A DNA stretch of 64,000 nt from Macrostomum lignano (taxonomy: Eukaryota). The stretch is from positions 62,001 to 126,000 of the forward strand of contig NIVC01002298.1 of the NCBI GenBank assembly GCA_002269645.1. The letters run 5' to 3'. Made by a program: the position numbers and the translations under genes. The notes under the pieces were generated by a model. That model saw only the letters and a program-made list of their open reading frames with translations, ran no database searches and was not told where the DNA came from. Of this stretch, positions 25,326 to 38,654 are shown piece after piece (positions within the stretch are counted from its first letter, which is position 1; each line of letters begins with the position of its first letter).

Positions 25326-26739
25326 TCTGTGACGCTCGCGCATCCAAACGTCAGTTTTGGGGACAAAACCTACATGAAGTTTTTGCTGTCGTTAAAAAGC
25401 CAACAATATTTTTAAAAGCAGAGGGTCTTGAAAGCTCGCCGCAGAATGGTTAAAGCATCCGAACAGAGCCGGTGAGCATCCCGCGTGTGAGAGGAATCGA
25501 GGGAGAGAGAGAGTGGGGGGAAGTGGAGGAGAGGAACCTGTTAATTACTCAAGCAGAGCGGATTAAAAACCCATTAGCACTGGGGTCTCTCGGAACGCCT
25601 TTGATTGGCATTAGCATGAGGCCTAAGAGCAGGCGAAAGGCCTTTTAGCATTGTCGAAAATGCGTCACAGCCTTCATAGAGGGGCGAAGGAAGGAGAGGG
25701 GAGTCGGGCAGATATGGGAGAGCGGGCTGTGCGAGCCGCGGCCCAAGTTAATGCATTTGCGAACGGCCAACCCCAAATCCCCTGTTTTCACAGCAAACAG
25801 GCAATCATATATTATATGTATGCCGCAGCACCCCTAATGGCACCCCCGGTGTTTGTGTTAGTTACAGCTGTCAGCCCGGCCACTGCAGCCTCCCCATCCG
25901 GGATATTGGATCCGCAATGCGGAACCGGGCATGGTGGCAAGGGAGAAATGAGATGAAGTTGTCTTTCGTGGCCTTCAAATTCAAACTGCGGACCATAGGC
26001 GGGATTGGGGGGGGCAATTTTCTGCAGCACGGTTACGGCGTGGGATAAAAATCCCCTCGCATCCATCCTGAATCCCCCCTCCGATGTCAAGAATTCAGGA
26101 AGGGCGGGCGTGCACAGAAAAGTCTTTAGGGAAGAGAATGGGCTGAGAGTGTGGGAGGCAGAGTCTTGAGTCGCTGGAGTGAGATGGCTGGGGGGGTCGG
26201 GTCGATTTTTTATTCTCCCACTCAAACCAGCCCTTCCCACTTTGAGGACGGCGCCCGGAAGTGCCTAATTGCCTTTGCCAATTCAGCGGAAGTCGCTTTT
26301 GGATTTTTTTCCTGACTCAACTTCCTAAGGGGATACGGCGCTGTCGTGTTGGGTGGCGATATTCAAGAGTTCAATATCAGTGGGATACAACTCCAGTAAT
26401 TCTATTTTGGCATATGAAAGCTTCAGGGAACTGTCGAATTTGGGAATCAACGGATTCGGATTTTGCAGACTAAAAGCAATGCGCGATCCTGACAGTCAGA
26501 TAGAGGCACATTTGCTTGGCCGCGGTGATGTTTGAACAGGCCTTTTTAAAAGATAATATCTGCATTAGTTAAGCATCTAAACAGCCTGCAGTAGATTGTT
26601 TGGATTTATCCGGCTTTTTCATGCAAACTGTTTGTTATAATTAAACAAATCGCGGCCGTGATGCGGTTGCCTTGTTTATTAATCTGCTGCTTGGTGACAG
26701 TCTGGGGAGTCAATCGAGCTGCTCTGTATCCGGGCTGCG

Positions 26740-27180
26740 ATGGGGAGAGGGGAGAGAGAGGAGAGATGGGATAGAGGAGAGAGGGGAGACAGGGGAGAGA
26801 GGGAATAGAGGTAAGAGAGGAGAGAGGAGAGACGGGAGAGAGGGGAGAGAGGGAATAGAGGGAAGAGAGGAGAGAGGGGAGAGAGGGGATGGGGAGAGGG
26901 GAGAGAGAAGATGGAGGGGAGAGAGGGGAGAGAGGGGAGATAGGGGATAGAGGGGATAGAGGGGAGACAGGGGAGAGAGAGTAGAGAGGAAAGAGAGGAG
27001 AGAGAGAAGAGAGAAGAGAGGAGAGAGGAGAGAGGAGAGAGGGTAGAGAGGGGATAAAGAGGGGAGGGGGGAGAGGAGAGTGGAGAGAGAGGGGATAGAG
27101 GGGGGAGGGGGATAAAGAGGGGAGAGAGGGAGAGAGGGGAGAGGGGAGACAGGGGATTGAGGGAAGAGGGGAGAGGGGAA
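26740..27180. repeat. GA-rich low-complexity polypurine tract
   Basis: Almost entirely G/A. Confidence 0.85.
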
Positions 27181-28199
27181 GAGAAGGTTAGCCGGGACTT
27201 TCTTAGTGCAAGAGGTGCTGACGATTCAGGATTTAATAAACTTCTCCGAGCTGAAACCTGAAAGCTGATTTGAACTTGGAAAAAGCATAAATGGATGAGT
27301 AAATGTAGAAATGGGACTGAGGCTTGCAGTATTCAGAGCTGGAGGCATGGAGTGAAGTCGGCGAGAAGGGTGCGGAGCGCAGGAGGCAACAGCAGAAGGC
27401 TCAGGTCAGCCTGGACAAGCAAGACGTGACATTTGCTGTCAAGCTTGGCCTGAGCCTTCAAACTCAAAATCTCAATGGCCACAATTTTTTCTTGAATGTT
27501 CAAAAAACTGGCGCAGCAATTAAGAAAGAAAATTAATTAATTGCTAATGCCTCTTTCCTGGGCTGTGCCGGTCAGGCCGAGCTGACAGCCGCGCGTGCCT
27601 GCCTGACAAAAGGGGTGCAGAGCGCAAAAAAGCATAAATAATTATGTGTATGCGTAGATGAAAATGCAATTCAATTTTGCCTTCTGCGCGATTAATTCTA
27701 TCTTTCTCTCTGGCTGTCTTTTGTATTCCAACATCAATTTCTTCCATCTGGGAGGCAGGGAGGGCTGCCCGCGATTGTTGCTGGGTATCGGCCTGGTACT
27801 CTATTCAATTGAATGTGCTCGACATTGTTTGGCAAACTCGAAACGTAATTAATTTTTTCCAAGGCAGGTGGATGCAGAGAGCGCGAAAGATTTGGCATTT
27901 TTCTCTGCTTGCTTTTTGGAGTCGAGTCATGGAAAATGGAATTGAGATTCCAGCTGGGACTCGCTGCCCCATTGGTTGCTCAGCTGGGAGAGGACCTGGG
28001 ACTCATCTGAGAGAGAGTTTCTGGAAATCTTCTGGAATTCCCAACTGCTACTCAAGGTAAATTCGCTCAGCACCAGAGATTCTCCGTTGGAGATTCCCCT
28101 CCCCCCAGATTCTCCACGGGATTTACCTTTGAGATTCTCGTCCGAGACTCTTCTCTGATTCTTTCCCCACAAAAATATCCCCCATAGAAATTCTCCCTT

Positions 28200-28460
28200 G
28201 TTATTAGAAATCACCCCTCATAGAAACCCCCACCCATAGAAATCCCCCCATAGAAATCCCCATAGAGACCCCCACCCATAGAAATCTCCCCATAGAAATC
28301 CCCATAGAAACCCCCACCCATAGAAATCCCCCATAGAGACCCCACTCATAGAAATTCTCCCTCATAGAAATTCTCCCCTGCCATTAGAATTCTCCCCCCA
28401 TAGAAGCCCCCCAGCCATAGAAATTTTCGCCTATAGAAATTCTCCTCCCCAGAATTCTCC
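28200..28460. repeat. Degenerate CCCCCATAGAAAT repeat
   Basis: Visible imperfect tandem units. Confidence 0.75.
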
Positions 28461-30104
28461 CCCTGGAATTTCCGCTTCAGGTTCTCTCTCTACATTCTCC
28501 ACCGAGATTCTCCCTTACTGAGAAAAACCTCATAGATCCTCATTCCGAGGCACCAACTTGAGATTCTCTCTCCCATGAGATCTCTTAATGCAGACATTCC
28601 CCCCCCCCACTCTGAGTAGCGATAAGTTTTCGAGACTCTCCGTCGCCCACCAACCATGCATCAATCTTCTACCTGCTAATTAGCAGTAATGAGGCGGACC
28701 ACAGGCAATTTAGCTAAGTAGTGGCCGGTGCCGTGTCGTCTCCAGAGTCGGATTTGAGAGCCGCGCGGCCCGGGCCAGATTTGCAATTAAAACAATTGCC
28801 TTCAACCACCCCCCCAGCCCGTGCAATCACAATCACAAAGTATATCAGCGCAGATAGGGCGGGCCGCAGCCGTGCGCATTAAATAAATTGAAGCCCCAGC
28901 CCCCATCAAGCTGAGTGAGGCAATTCTTTTTAAAACTTTTGATTTGCCGCGCGCCGCCCGTCCCCCCATGCGAGAGGCTGCAATTTAATTAAAAATAATT
29001 AATTGTCCCACTCCGCGAGCCGGTAGGTCAGTAGTATAGTCCGGTCTAGTAGTACGAGTGGTAGAAATGTTTACAATATTCAGGGACGGTTGGATGCCTT
29101 GGATGTCTGGATTGGAAAGCGGTACAATATAAGGAGGCCTTCCAAATTGTTCAAACAAGACTACAAGAGATACGAGCGTAGCTGGTAGCTTGCGCTCTAA
29201 AATTTGAAGACATTTAAACTTTAATTTTTTTATTCAGCTAAGCAAGGAGCGGCAGCTAAAGATATATTAAAGATCTTTAAACATCTCCTGGAGGAAAGAG
29301 GCAAAAATGAAGAGGGGAGAGAGGAGAGATGAGAGGGGAGAGAGAAGAGAGGAGAGAGGAGAAAGGAAAGAGGAGAGAGTAGGGAAGAGAGACCAGAGGG
29401 GAGAGAGGAGAGTGGAGAGGAGAGAAGAGACAAGAGAAACGTTCGCTGACCCCAGAGCTAGAGAAGCAGCATTGTCAAGTGCCGGCTTCCAGTCCGGGTG
29501 GGCAGCAAAAGAGGTCCTGGCAAAAACTGACAGCTATAAAAAGCCAGACTCAAATAAGAACGCGTGCTGTTGTGGACAGAAAAATTTAATTAATACCCTC
29601 CTCTCCCCTTGCCGAGGCGTGTTTTGTTTTTGCATACATTGTTTGGCTTTGGGCGGGCAGCCCCCGCGCTCAACTGCCGCCCTCAGCAGCTGATTTAGCT
29701 AACTTGTCAATTATTTAGCATTTAATTTATTTAGCCGGAGGGGCGGCTTAAGCGATTTTAACTTTATTGCTGAGTCCCTCCCTGCAGGTTTCTCTACTTA
29801 ATAATTTATGCACTTTAATTTCGTCAGCTGGGGGGGGGGCGGTAGGCATGGGCTGTGCTAAACCCGCCCAGCCTGATACGGCCCAATTTGACTAGCTTGG
29901 GCATATCAAAACATTTCGCCTAATTACACAGTCAGTCACTTTTTTATGCCCTGGGTTGTATAAACTGCAGAGCGGAATGATGGGGGTTACATGACCATTA
30001 TTTATTAGACATCATTGCGTAATATTTGCGATTATGGCGAGCTCAGAGTTGAACTCAGTGTTTTAGATATTGCTGTTACAGCTTACTGATTACTGCTGAT
30101 CTAC

Positions 30105-32250
30105 AGATCTAGAAGAAGCATGATCTAGAAATCAAGAGGAAGCATGATTTAGAGATCTAGAGGAAGCATGATCTAGAGATCTAGAGGAAGCATGATCTAG
30201 AGATCTAGAGGAAGCATGATCTAGAGATCTAGAGGAAGCATGATCTAGAGATCTAGAGGAAGCATGATCTAGAGATCTAGAGGAAGCATGATCTAGAGAT
30301 CTAGAGGAAGCATGATCTAGAGATCTAGAGGAAGCATGATCTAGAGATCTAGAGGAAGCATGATCTAGAAATCAAGAGGAAGCATGATCTAGAGATCTAG
30401 AGGAAGCATGATCTAGAGATCTAGAGGAAGCATGATCTAGAGATCTAGAGGAAGCATGATCTAGAGATCTAGAGGAAGCATGATTTAGAGATCTAGAGGA
30501 AGCATGATCTAGAAATCAAGAGGAAGCATGATCTAGAGATCTAGAGGAAGCATGATCTAGAGATCTAGAGGAAGCATGATCTAGAGATCTAGAGGAAGCA
30601 TGATCTAGAGATCTAGAGGAAGCATGATTTAGAGATCTAGAGGAAGCATGATTTAGAGATCTAGACGAAGCATGATCTAGAAATCAAGAGGAAGCATGAT
30701 CTAGAGATCTAGAGGAAGCATGATCTAGAGATCTAGAGGAAGCATGATTTAGAGATCTAGACGAAGCATGATCTAGAAATCAAGAGGAAGCATGATCTAG
30801 AGATCTAGAGGAAGCATGATCTAGAGATCTAGAGGAAGCATGATCTAGAGATCTAGAGGAAGCATTATTTAGAGATCTAGAGGAAGCATGATTTAGAGAT
30901 CTAGACGAAGCATGATCTAGAAATCAAGAGGAAGCATGATCTAGAAATCAAGAGGAAGCATGATCTAGAGATCTAGAGGAAGCATGATCTAGAGATCTAG
31001 AGGAAGCATGATCTAGAGATCTAGAGGAAGCATGATCTAGAGATCTAGAGGAAGCATGATTTAGAGATCTAGAGGAAGCATGATTTAGAGATCTAGACGA
31101 AGCATGATCTAGAAATCAAGAGGAAGCATGATCTAGAGATCTAGAGGAAGCATGATCTAGAGATCTAGAGGAAGCATGATCTAGAGATCTAGAGGAAGCA
31201 TGATTTAGAGATCTAGACGAAGCATGATCTAGAAATCAAGAGGAAGCATGATCTAGAGATCTAGAGGAAGCATGATCTAGAGATCTAGAGGAAGCATGAT
31301 CTAGAGATCTAGAGGAAGCATTATTTAGAGATCTAGACGAAGCATGATTTAGAGATCTAAAGGAAGCATGATCTAGAAATCAAGAGGAAGCATGATTTAG
31401 AGATCTAGAGGAAGCATGATCTAGAGACCTAGAGGAAGCATGATCTAGAGATCAAGAGGAAGCATGATCTAGAGACCTAGAGGAAGCATGATCTAGAGAT
31501 CTAGAGGAAGCATGATCTAGAGACCTAGAGGAAGCATGATCTAGAGATCTAGAAGAAGCATGATCTAGAGATCTAGAGGAAGCATGATCTAGAGATCTAG
31601 AAGAAGCATGATCTAGAGATCTAGAGGAAGCATGATCTAGAGATCTAGAGGAAGCATGATCTAGAGATCAAGAGGAAGCATGATCTAGAGATCAAGAGGA
31701 AGCATGATCTAGAGATCTAGAGGAAGCATGATCTAGAGATCAAGAGGAAGCATGATTTAGAGATCTAGAGGAAGCATGATTTAGAGATCTAGAGGAAGCA
31801 TGATCTAGAGATCTAGAGGAAGCATGATTTAGAGATCTAGAGGAAGCATGATCTAGAGATCTAGAGGAAGCATGATCTAGAGATCAAGAGGAAGCATGAT
31901 CTAGAGATCAAGAGGAAGCATGATCTAGAGATCTAGAGGAAGCATGATCTAGAGATCAAGAGGAAGCATGATTTAGAGATCTAGAGGAAGCATGATCTAG
32001 AGATCTAGAGGAAGCATGATCTAGAGATCAAGAGGAAGCATGATCTAGAGATCAAGAGGAAGCATGATCTAGAGATCTAGAGGAAGCATGATCTAGAGAT
32101 CAAGAGGAAGCATGATTTAGAGATCTAGAGGAAGCATGATTTAGAGATCTAGAGGAAGCATGATCTAGAGATCTAGAGGAAGCATGATCTAGAGATCTAG
32201 AGGAAGCATGATTTAGAGATCAAGAGCAAGTACGATCTAGAGATCTAGAC
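30105..32250. repeat. 24-bp satellite (GAAGCATGATCTAGAGATCTAGAG), ~2.1 kb
   Basis: About 90 units; each contains palindromic TCTAGA and AGATCT sites. Confidence 0.97.
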
Positions 32251-33104
32251 AGAAACTCGATACAGAGATCAAGCGATCCGGTGGTTACGCAAGGGAGAAA
32301 CTCAGTCTTGATCTGGAGAAATCTAGAGATCCAGATATCAAGGAAATGGACCTAGACGTCTGGAAGAAAAGGTGATCTAGAGTTGTATACAGGAGGAAAG
32401 CAGGCATCTAAAGGCCTATAACTACCAGTGCAAGGTAAACTCGATAAACTAAGGAAATCCTTACATGCACATGGTTTTATTTGGCAAGCAGAGCAGTCGC
32501 CCCCCCCCCACTCAAATTTCAGTAAAACTCCAAGCACTGAGCTGCCTGTACCACAGGTGTGCAAGTGCCCGGCCCAGCCCGTGTGAAAGTGGAGGGTGAC
32601 GCGGCTTAGCCCCGTGTAAGTAGCCCCCCCCCTCGCCCGAGCTGTTGAGGAGTTCTTGCCCGGCAAGTGAAGGCAGTCAAACAGAACTATAACAGCTGTT
32701 GATTTTGGCGAAGTGTGCTCTGGGGGGTATTGTGTGCTCACGTGCAGCTTAGGGTGGATGAGGCATGAGCTGCATAAACTCAAGAAAACAGAACAGCTGT
32801 AGAGTGCTACGAGCGTATGGGAAAACATGTGAATGGAAAATGAGAACGTGTTTTGAGAATAATGGACAGATTTCGATTTCGATATCAACAGTTGCTTTGC
32901 GATTGTGAGATCTGCTTCGGGTTTGCGATTACAGTGACACTTAAACTGTTGTCTTGCAGGGTGGAGGCTGGGGCTCTGTCTGTTTGCTCATCTATCGGGA
33001 TCAAGTGAGCTCAGCATAAAATGGAGCTTGGCAATCTAAAAAGCAAAGTCTGGATTGCTCACTTTTAAAAATTCTTTGCAGCATAGAAAAAGAAGTAATT
33101 GAAG

Positions 33105-33725
33105 GGAGTGCTAGAAAGGAGTGGTCTAGATCTCTGAATCTCTAGATCATGCTGCCTTTAGATCTCTAGATCATGCTGCCTTTAGATCTCTGAATCTCTA
33201 GATCATGCTGCCTTTAGATCTCTAGATCATGCTTCCTTTAGATCTCTGAATCTCTAGATCATGCTTTCTATTGATCTATAGATCATGCTTCCTCTAGATC
33301 TCTACATATAGAGAGGAGTGCTAGAAAAGAGTGCTAGAAAGAGTGCTAGAAAGAGTGCTAGAAAGAGTGCTAGAAAAGAGTGCTAGAAAGAGTGCTAGAA
33401 AAGAGTGCTAGAAAGAGTGCTAGAAAAGAGTGCTACAAAGGAGTGCTCTAGATCTCTGAATCTCTAGATCATGCTGCCTTTAGATCTCTGAATCTCTAGA
33501 TCATGCTGCCTTTAGATCTCTAGATCATGCTTCCTTTAGATCTTGAATCTCTAGATCATGCTTTCTATTGATCTATAGATCATACTTCCTCTAGATCTCA
33601 ACATGTAGAAAGGAGAGCTAGAAAGAGTGCTAGAAAGAGTGCTAGAAAGAGTGCTAGAAAGAGTGCTACAAAGAGTGCTAGAAAAGAGTGCTAGACAGAG
33701 TGCTAGAAAGAGTGCTAGAAAAGAG
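33105..33725. repeat. Locally duplicated block of reverse-complement 24-bp satellite units plus 12-13 bp AGTGCTAGAAAG repeats
   Basis: TCTAGATCATGCTTCCTCTAGATCTC (reverse complement of the 24-mer) at ~33125-33305 and ~33445-33600, each followed by (AGTGCTAGAAAG)n. Confidence 0.85.
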
Positions 33726-34312
33726 TGCCATGCTGGAGTGGGTGCCGCAGGTACCTTAACAGTATGTCAGAGCAGCAGCAGACCAGGTGAATATTTGGCT
33801 CTGCATAAATTTCAAGCGGATCGACAGGCCGTAATTCTCCCCATTAAGCGACTATAATTGAGCGAGTGTTTTATTGAAGTGTTCTCGGCGTTCTAAGTCA
33901 CTCGGCTGCCTCAGCCACTTAACTCTCACTTAAAAGAACTGGCAATCAAAAGTTTGGAGTTAATTGGCAAAATTGAATGAGTGCTGAGGGCCCCCGCGTG
34001 GCGCTCTGATTTCTGTACTCGGCAATTCCGTAAAAAGGAATTAATTCATCTCAAAAGTGGATTTAATCTCTCTCAAATATGGCAAATTAATTTGGACCCA
34101 GTTGATTATTTTTCTGCCAGGGTTCAAAGCAATCACAGATATTGGGCACTCGCATTCTAATTGCTCGGATAAATTTAATTTAGATAATTACGAGTATAGC
34201 CAGGGGTTAGCGCACGTTGGGGAGCAAAGAAATAACAGAATTACCCGTGTTCTCTACTGCCAAGTAGAGTAGTTGGAGCGTTTAGCTTATCATATAAATC
34301 TGTCATAATAAA

Positions 34313-35515
34313 GGATTGTCACTGTCGGATTGTCACTGTTGGATCGTCACTGTTGGCTTGTCACTGTTGGATTGTCACTGTTGGATTGTTGCTGTTGGAT
34401 TGTCACTGTTGGATTGTCACTGTTGGATTGTCACTGTTGGATTGTCACAGAAGGATTGTCACTGTTGGATTGTCACTGTTGGATTGTCACAGAAGGATTG
34501 TCACTGTTGGATTGTCACTGTTGGATTGTCACTGTTGGATTGTCACAGAAGGATTGTAACTGTTGGATTGTCACTGTTGGATTGTCATTGTTGGCTTGTC
34601 ACTGTTGGATTGTCACTGTTGGATTGTTGCTGTTGGATTGTCACTGTTGGATTGTCACTGTTGGATTGTCACTGTTGGATTGTCACAGAAGGATTGTCAC
34701 TGTTGGATTGTCACTGTTGGATTGTCACAGAAGGATTGTCACTGTTGGATTGTCACTGTTGGATTGTCACTGTTGGATTGTCACTGATGGCTTGTCACTG
34801 ATGGATTGTCAATGTTGGATTGTCACAGAAGGATTGTAACTGTTGGATTGTCACAGATGGATTGTCAATGTTGGATTGTCATTGTTGGCTTGTCACTGTT
34901 GGATTGTCACTGTTGGATTATCACTGTTGGATTGTCACTGTTGGATTGTCACAGAAGGATTGTCACTGTTGGATTGTTGCTGTTGGATTGTCACTGTTGG
35001 ATTGTCACAGAAGGATTATCACTGTTGGCTTGTCACTGTTGGATTGTCACTGTCGGCTTGTCACAGAAGGATTGTCACTGTTGGATTGTCACTGTTGGAT
35101 TGTCACAGATGGATTGTCACTGTTGGATTGTCACTGTTGGATTGTCACTGTTGGATTGTCACTGTTGGATTGTCACAGAAGGATTGTCACTGTTGGATTG
35201 TCACTGTTGGATTGTCACTGTTGGATTGTCACTGTTGGATTGTCACTGTTGGATTGTCACTGTTGGATTGTCACTGTTGGATTGTCACTGTTGGATTGTC
35301 ACTGTTGGATTGTCACTGTTGGCTTGTCACTGTTGGATTGTCACTGTTGGCTTGTCACAGATGGATTGTCACTGTTGGATTGTCACTGTTGGATTGTCAC
35401 TGTTGGATTATCACAGAAGGATTGTCACTGATGGATTGTCACTGTTGGATTGTCACTGATGGATTGTCACAGATGGATTGTCACAGTTGGATTGTCACTG
35501 ATGGCTTGTCACTGC
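34313..35515. repeat. 14-bp minisatellite (GGATTGTCACTGTT)
   Basis: About 85 units; source of the CHCWIVTVGLSLLD pseudo-ORFs. Confidence 0.95.
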
Positions 35516-36199
35516 GATCAATACAGCTGAGCTAAATGTTTATTTTGGCTTTATTTTGCTTCAATCAGCTAGTGCTGGCTGTGGTCCTGCATGAAGCAGC
35601 ATAATATTCCTCGAGTCGGAACATTACTGTGCGAGCCATGCCATGCCGATGTTCGGTGTATAAACATTCGCATGCATTGAAGGCGAGTTCAAGTGCAGCG
35701 TGCACTGCAGTCTGTTGGGATGCATTTGTTCCTCTGCAGATCAGCGTATTATAGCAATATTTTGTCAGCCCCCAAGCCCGTGCGGACGAAAAAGGCAATT
35801 AATTTGATTTTCTGTTTCCAGTTGCAGAAATCCGAACCGAGGCGGCCCTGCATTTGCGGGGGCGCCGGCCTCCACCTTGTGCAGTGGCTTTGCTTTCCCT
35901 TATTTTGCTTGCGCGGCATTGGCGGCGTGCGGGCGAAATCTGAAGACGACCGCGAGTTGAAGGGATAAGTGTGACAGGAGCGAATGGGATCTGGTAATGG
36001 GATAATTGTGACAGGAGCGAATGGGATCTGCTAATGGGGATATGTTTAACGATTGGTCAGAACAATTAGAGTTTCACCAAACTTTCTTGGCAGAGGGAGT
36101 GCAAAGTTGCAACGATTTTGCAAATGTACTTTCATCTTGTGTGTAAATGCAACATCTTGATTTTTTGTTGCTTTTGTTGTTTAAATGATTGGCGATGCG

Positions 36200-36840
36200 T
36201 GTCTAACAGTTGCTGAATGTCGTGTCCAACAGTTGCTTAATGTGTCTCTAACAGTTGCTTAATGTCGTGTCTAACAGTTGCTTAATGTCGTGTCTAACAG
36301 TTGCTTAATGTCGTGTCTAACAGTTGCTTTAAAGTCGTGTCTAACAGTTGCTTAATGTCGTGTCTAACAGTTGCTTTGATGTCGTGTCTAACAGTTGCTT
36401 AATGTCGTGTCTAACAGTTGCTTAATGTCGTGTCTAACAGTTGCTTAATGTCGTGTCTAACAGTTGCTTAATGTCGTGTCTAACAGTTGCTTTAAAGTCG
36501 TGTCTAACAGTTGCTTAATGTCGTGTCTAACAGTTGCTTTAATTTCGTGTCTAACAGTTGCTTAATGTCGTGTCTAACAGTTTCTTTAATTTCGTGTCTA
36601 ACAGTTGCTTTAATTTCGTGTCTAACAGTTGCTTTAATGTCGTGTCTAACAGTTGCTTTGATGTCGTGTCTAACAGTTGCTTAATGTCGTGTCTAACAGT
36701 TGCTTAATGTCGTGTCTAACAGAGAATCATGGCTGTATCTAACAGCTGTTTAATATCGTGTCTAACAGGTGTTAAATGTCGTGTCTAACAGCTGTTTAAT
36801 GTCGTGTCTAACAGAGGATCATGGCTGTGTCTAACAGGTG
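36200..36840. repeat. 23-24 bp minisatellite (GTCGTGTCTAACAGTTGCTTAAT)
   Basis: Visible tandem units. Confidence 0.95.
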
Positions 36841-37274
36841 ATGATTTTGGTGTCTCAAAAACAGGGTACTGCTTATGCCGAACAGGAAATGTGGGTGTCG
36901 CGTTCTGAAAGAGACGGTTGTGGCAGCTGACAGCCTTACAGCTCAGCTGCCTGCACCAACAGGTTTGACAGTTCGAGAAAACCGACTTCACCCAACTTCC
37001 ACAGAGAGTATCCAGGCTGACTCGTGAGTACAAAATGGAGTTTTCTTGTTTTCTTTGAGTAAATAGGAGGCCCTATTGTAGCGCGCTGAGCTTGAGCAGT
37101 CAATGCTGGTCTTGAGCACACTTATCCACTCCAGGATGCGGAGTGACAGTTGAGCAGAGTCAACAATTGCAATGTTTACCACATTTGCAGTTCCCAATAC
37201 CGAAACAGTTAAAGATTAACCGGTATCTACCTGGCGTAACGACTAGACTAGCAATCCATCCTATTCTTGATCTA

Positions 37275-38602
37275 CTTCGGCTGTCCGGAAAGTCGTGAGA
37301 ATGTGTCAATTAAGTAAGAAAGCAGCAAGCTGTTGAGGTGGCACACAAAAATGTTCAATAATAGACTCATATATGTCTATGGTGAAAATTCTTGTTATTC
37401 TAGTAGCAAAATTGGGGGCAGGGGCGAGCTCAGTATAAAGTGCTCAATAGCAAATGCAACGCGGTGATCAAGCTTGAAAATTTTGACAGCGAGTTCTTCA
37501 AAATGGAAGACTTCCAGGGTTATGCCTATGCTAGATACCGTCTTGGAATCTCCGCTCTCAGCTGCAATGACGAGCTGCTCAAAGTTTATGGAGATGCTGC
37601 ACCAGGTCAGTCAACGGTTTACAGATGGTATTCGAAGTTTCGTGACGATGCATTTCCCCCGGTCTCAGCTCCTCGGACTGGCCGGCCACGGTCAACAAGG
37701 ACAGCGGAACTGATCGAAACCTGTCGAGCTCTTATTGAAGAGGATCCAAAAGTTAGTGTCCGAGACCTCGCTGACTTTTTGGAAGTTGGAAAAACAACAA
37801 TGCACGAAATTTTGACTGAGATTTGCACCTTCGAAACGTTTCTGCTGTCTGGGTTCCGCATGCTCTATCCGAGGAGAACAAGACTGCTCGCATCAATTGT
37901 GCCAAGCAAATTCGCAGGCTTTTTTACGAGGGCATGGAAAACTTTTGTGACAAGTACGTTTTGGAGGATGAGACATGGGTGATATACCTGAACAACACTG
38001 GCACAAAGCAAAACAACAGGTGCTGGCTTGGCCAAGGGGATCATCGGCCCCAGGTTGTCAGGCACTCAGTCGGCAATGCAAAGACAATGCTTCTGGTTGC
38101 TTTTACTCCAAACAAGCGCTTCTCCATTGAATCCACAGCCCCAAAGCAAACTGTTTATGCAAATGGCATAGTTGAGTTCATTCGGCACACCGGAGACCTA
38201 TGGCGTACTCTCAGGTCAAGGCCAATTCATCTGACAATGCGCGACCTCACGTGGCTCGTTCTGTGCAGCAGTACATGGAGTCCGTGGAGTTCAGCTGGTG
38301 TTTCAGAGTCCTTACAGCCCAGACTTCAATTTGTGCGACCGTTTTTTGTTCAGTTGGATGAAGACTGATTTCTCCAGGCGAGTGTTCAGCGACCACAATG
38401 AAGTTCGAGAAGCTGTGTTGCAATGGGCAAGAGGCCTTGACGAAGATTGCTTGAAAAGAGAGGTTCAGCGACTCGTTGACCATTGCCAAGCTGTAATCAA
38501 CGCAAGGGGAGATTACATTACCAACTAGTACAGTTATCGTGTTTTCTGATAGTTCTGACTGGTTTTTTAAATACATTCTCACGACTTTCCGGACGGACGG
38601 AG
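37275..38602 (+). mobile_element. mariner (DD34D) DNA transposon, full length (1328 bp), inactive
   Basis: 30-bp TIRs at 37275-37304 (CTTCGGCTGTCCGGAAAGTCGTGAGAATGT) and 38573-38602 (27/30 match to the reverse complement); TA dinucleotide on both sides (37273-74, 38603-04); internal transposase with WVPHAL, DETW, DNARPH and YSPDFNLCD motifs. Confidence 0.95.
37503..38528 (+). pseudogene. mariner transposase, three frameshifts
   Basis: ATG 37503 (MEDFQGYAY...HTH GQSTVYRWYSKF...GRP); frame changes near 37820, 38232 and 38282. Restoring one base at ~38282 gives exactly 34 residues between the D of DNARPH and the D of NLCD. Confidence 0.9.
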
Positions 38603-38654
38603 TATCATTCTTCTTATTCTTCCTATTTCTTCCTTTCTTCCTAGAGTTCATCTC

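Noticed and set aside
34316-35535. Cys/His-rich ORFs suggesting a metal-binding protein
   Set aside because: All three frames of a 14-bp minisatellite.
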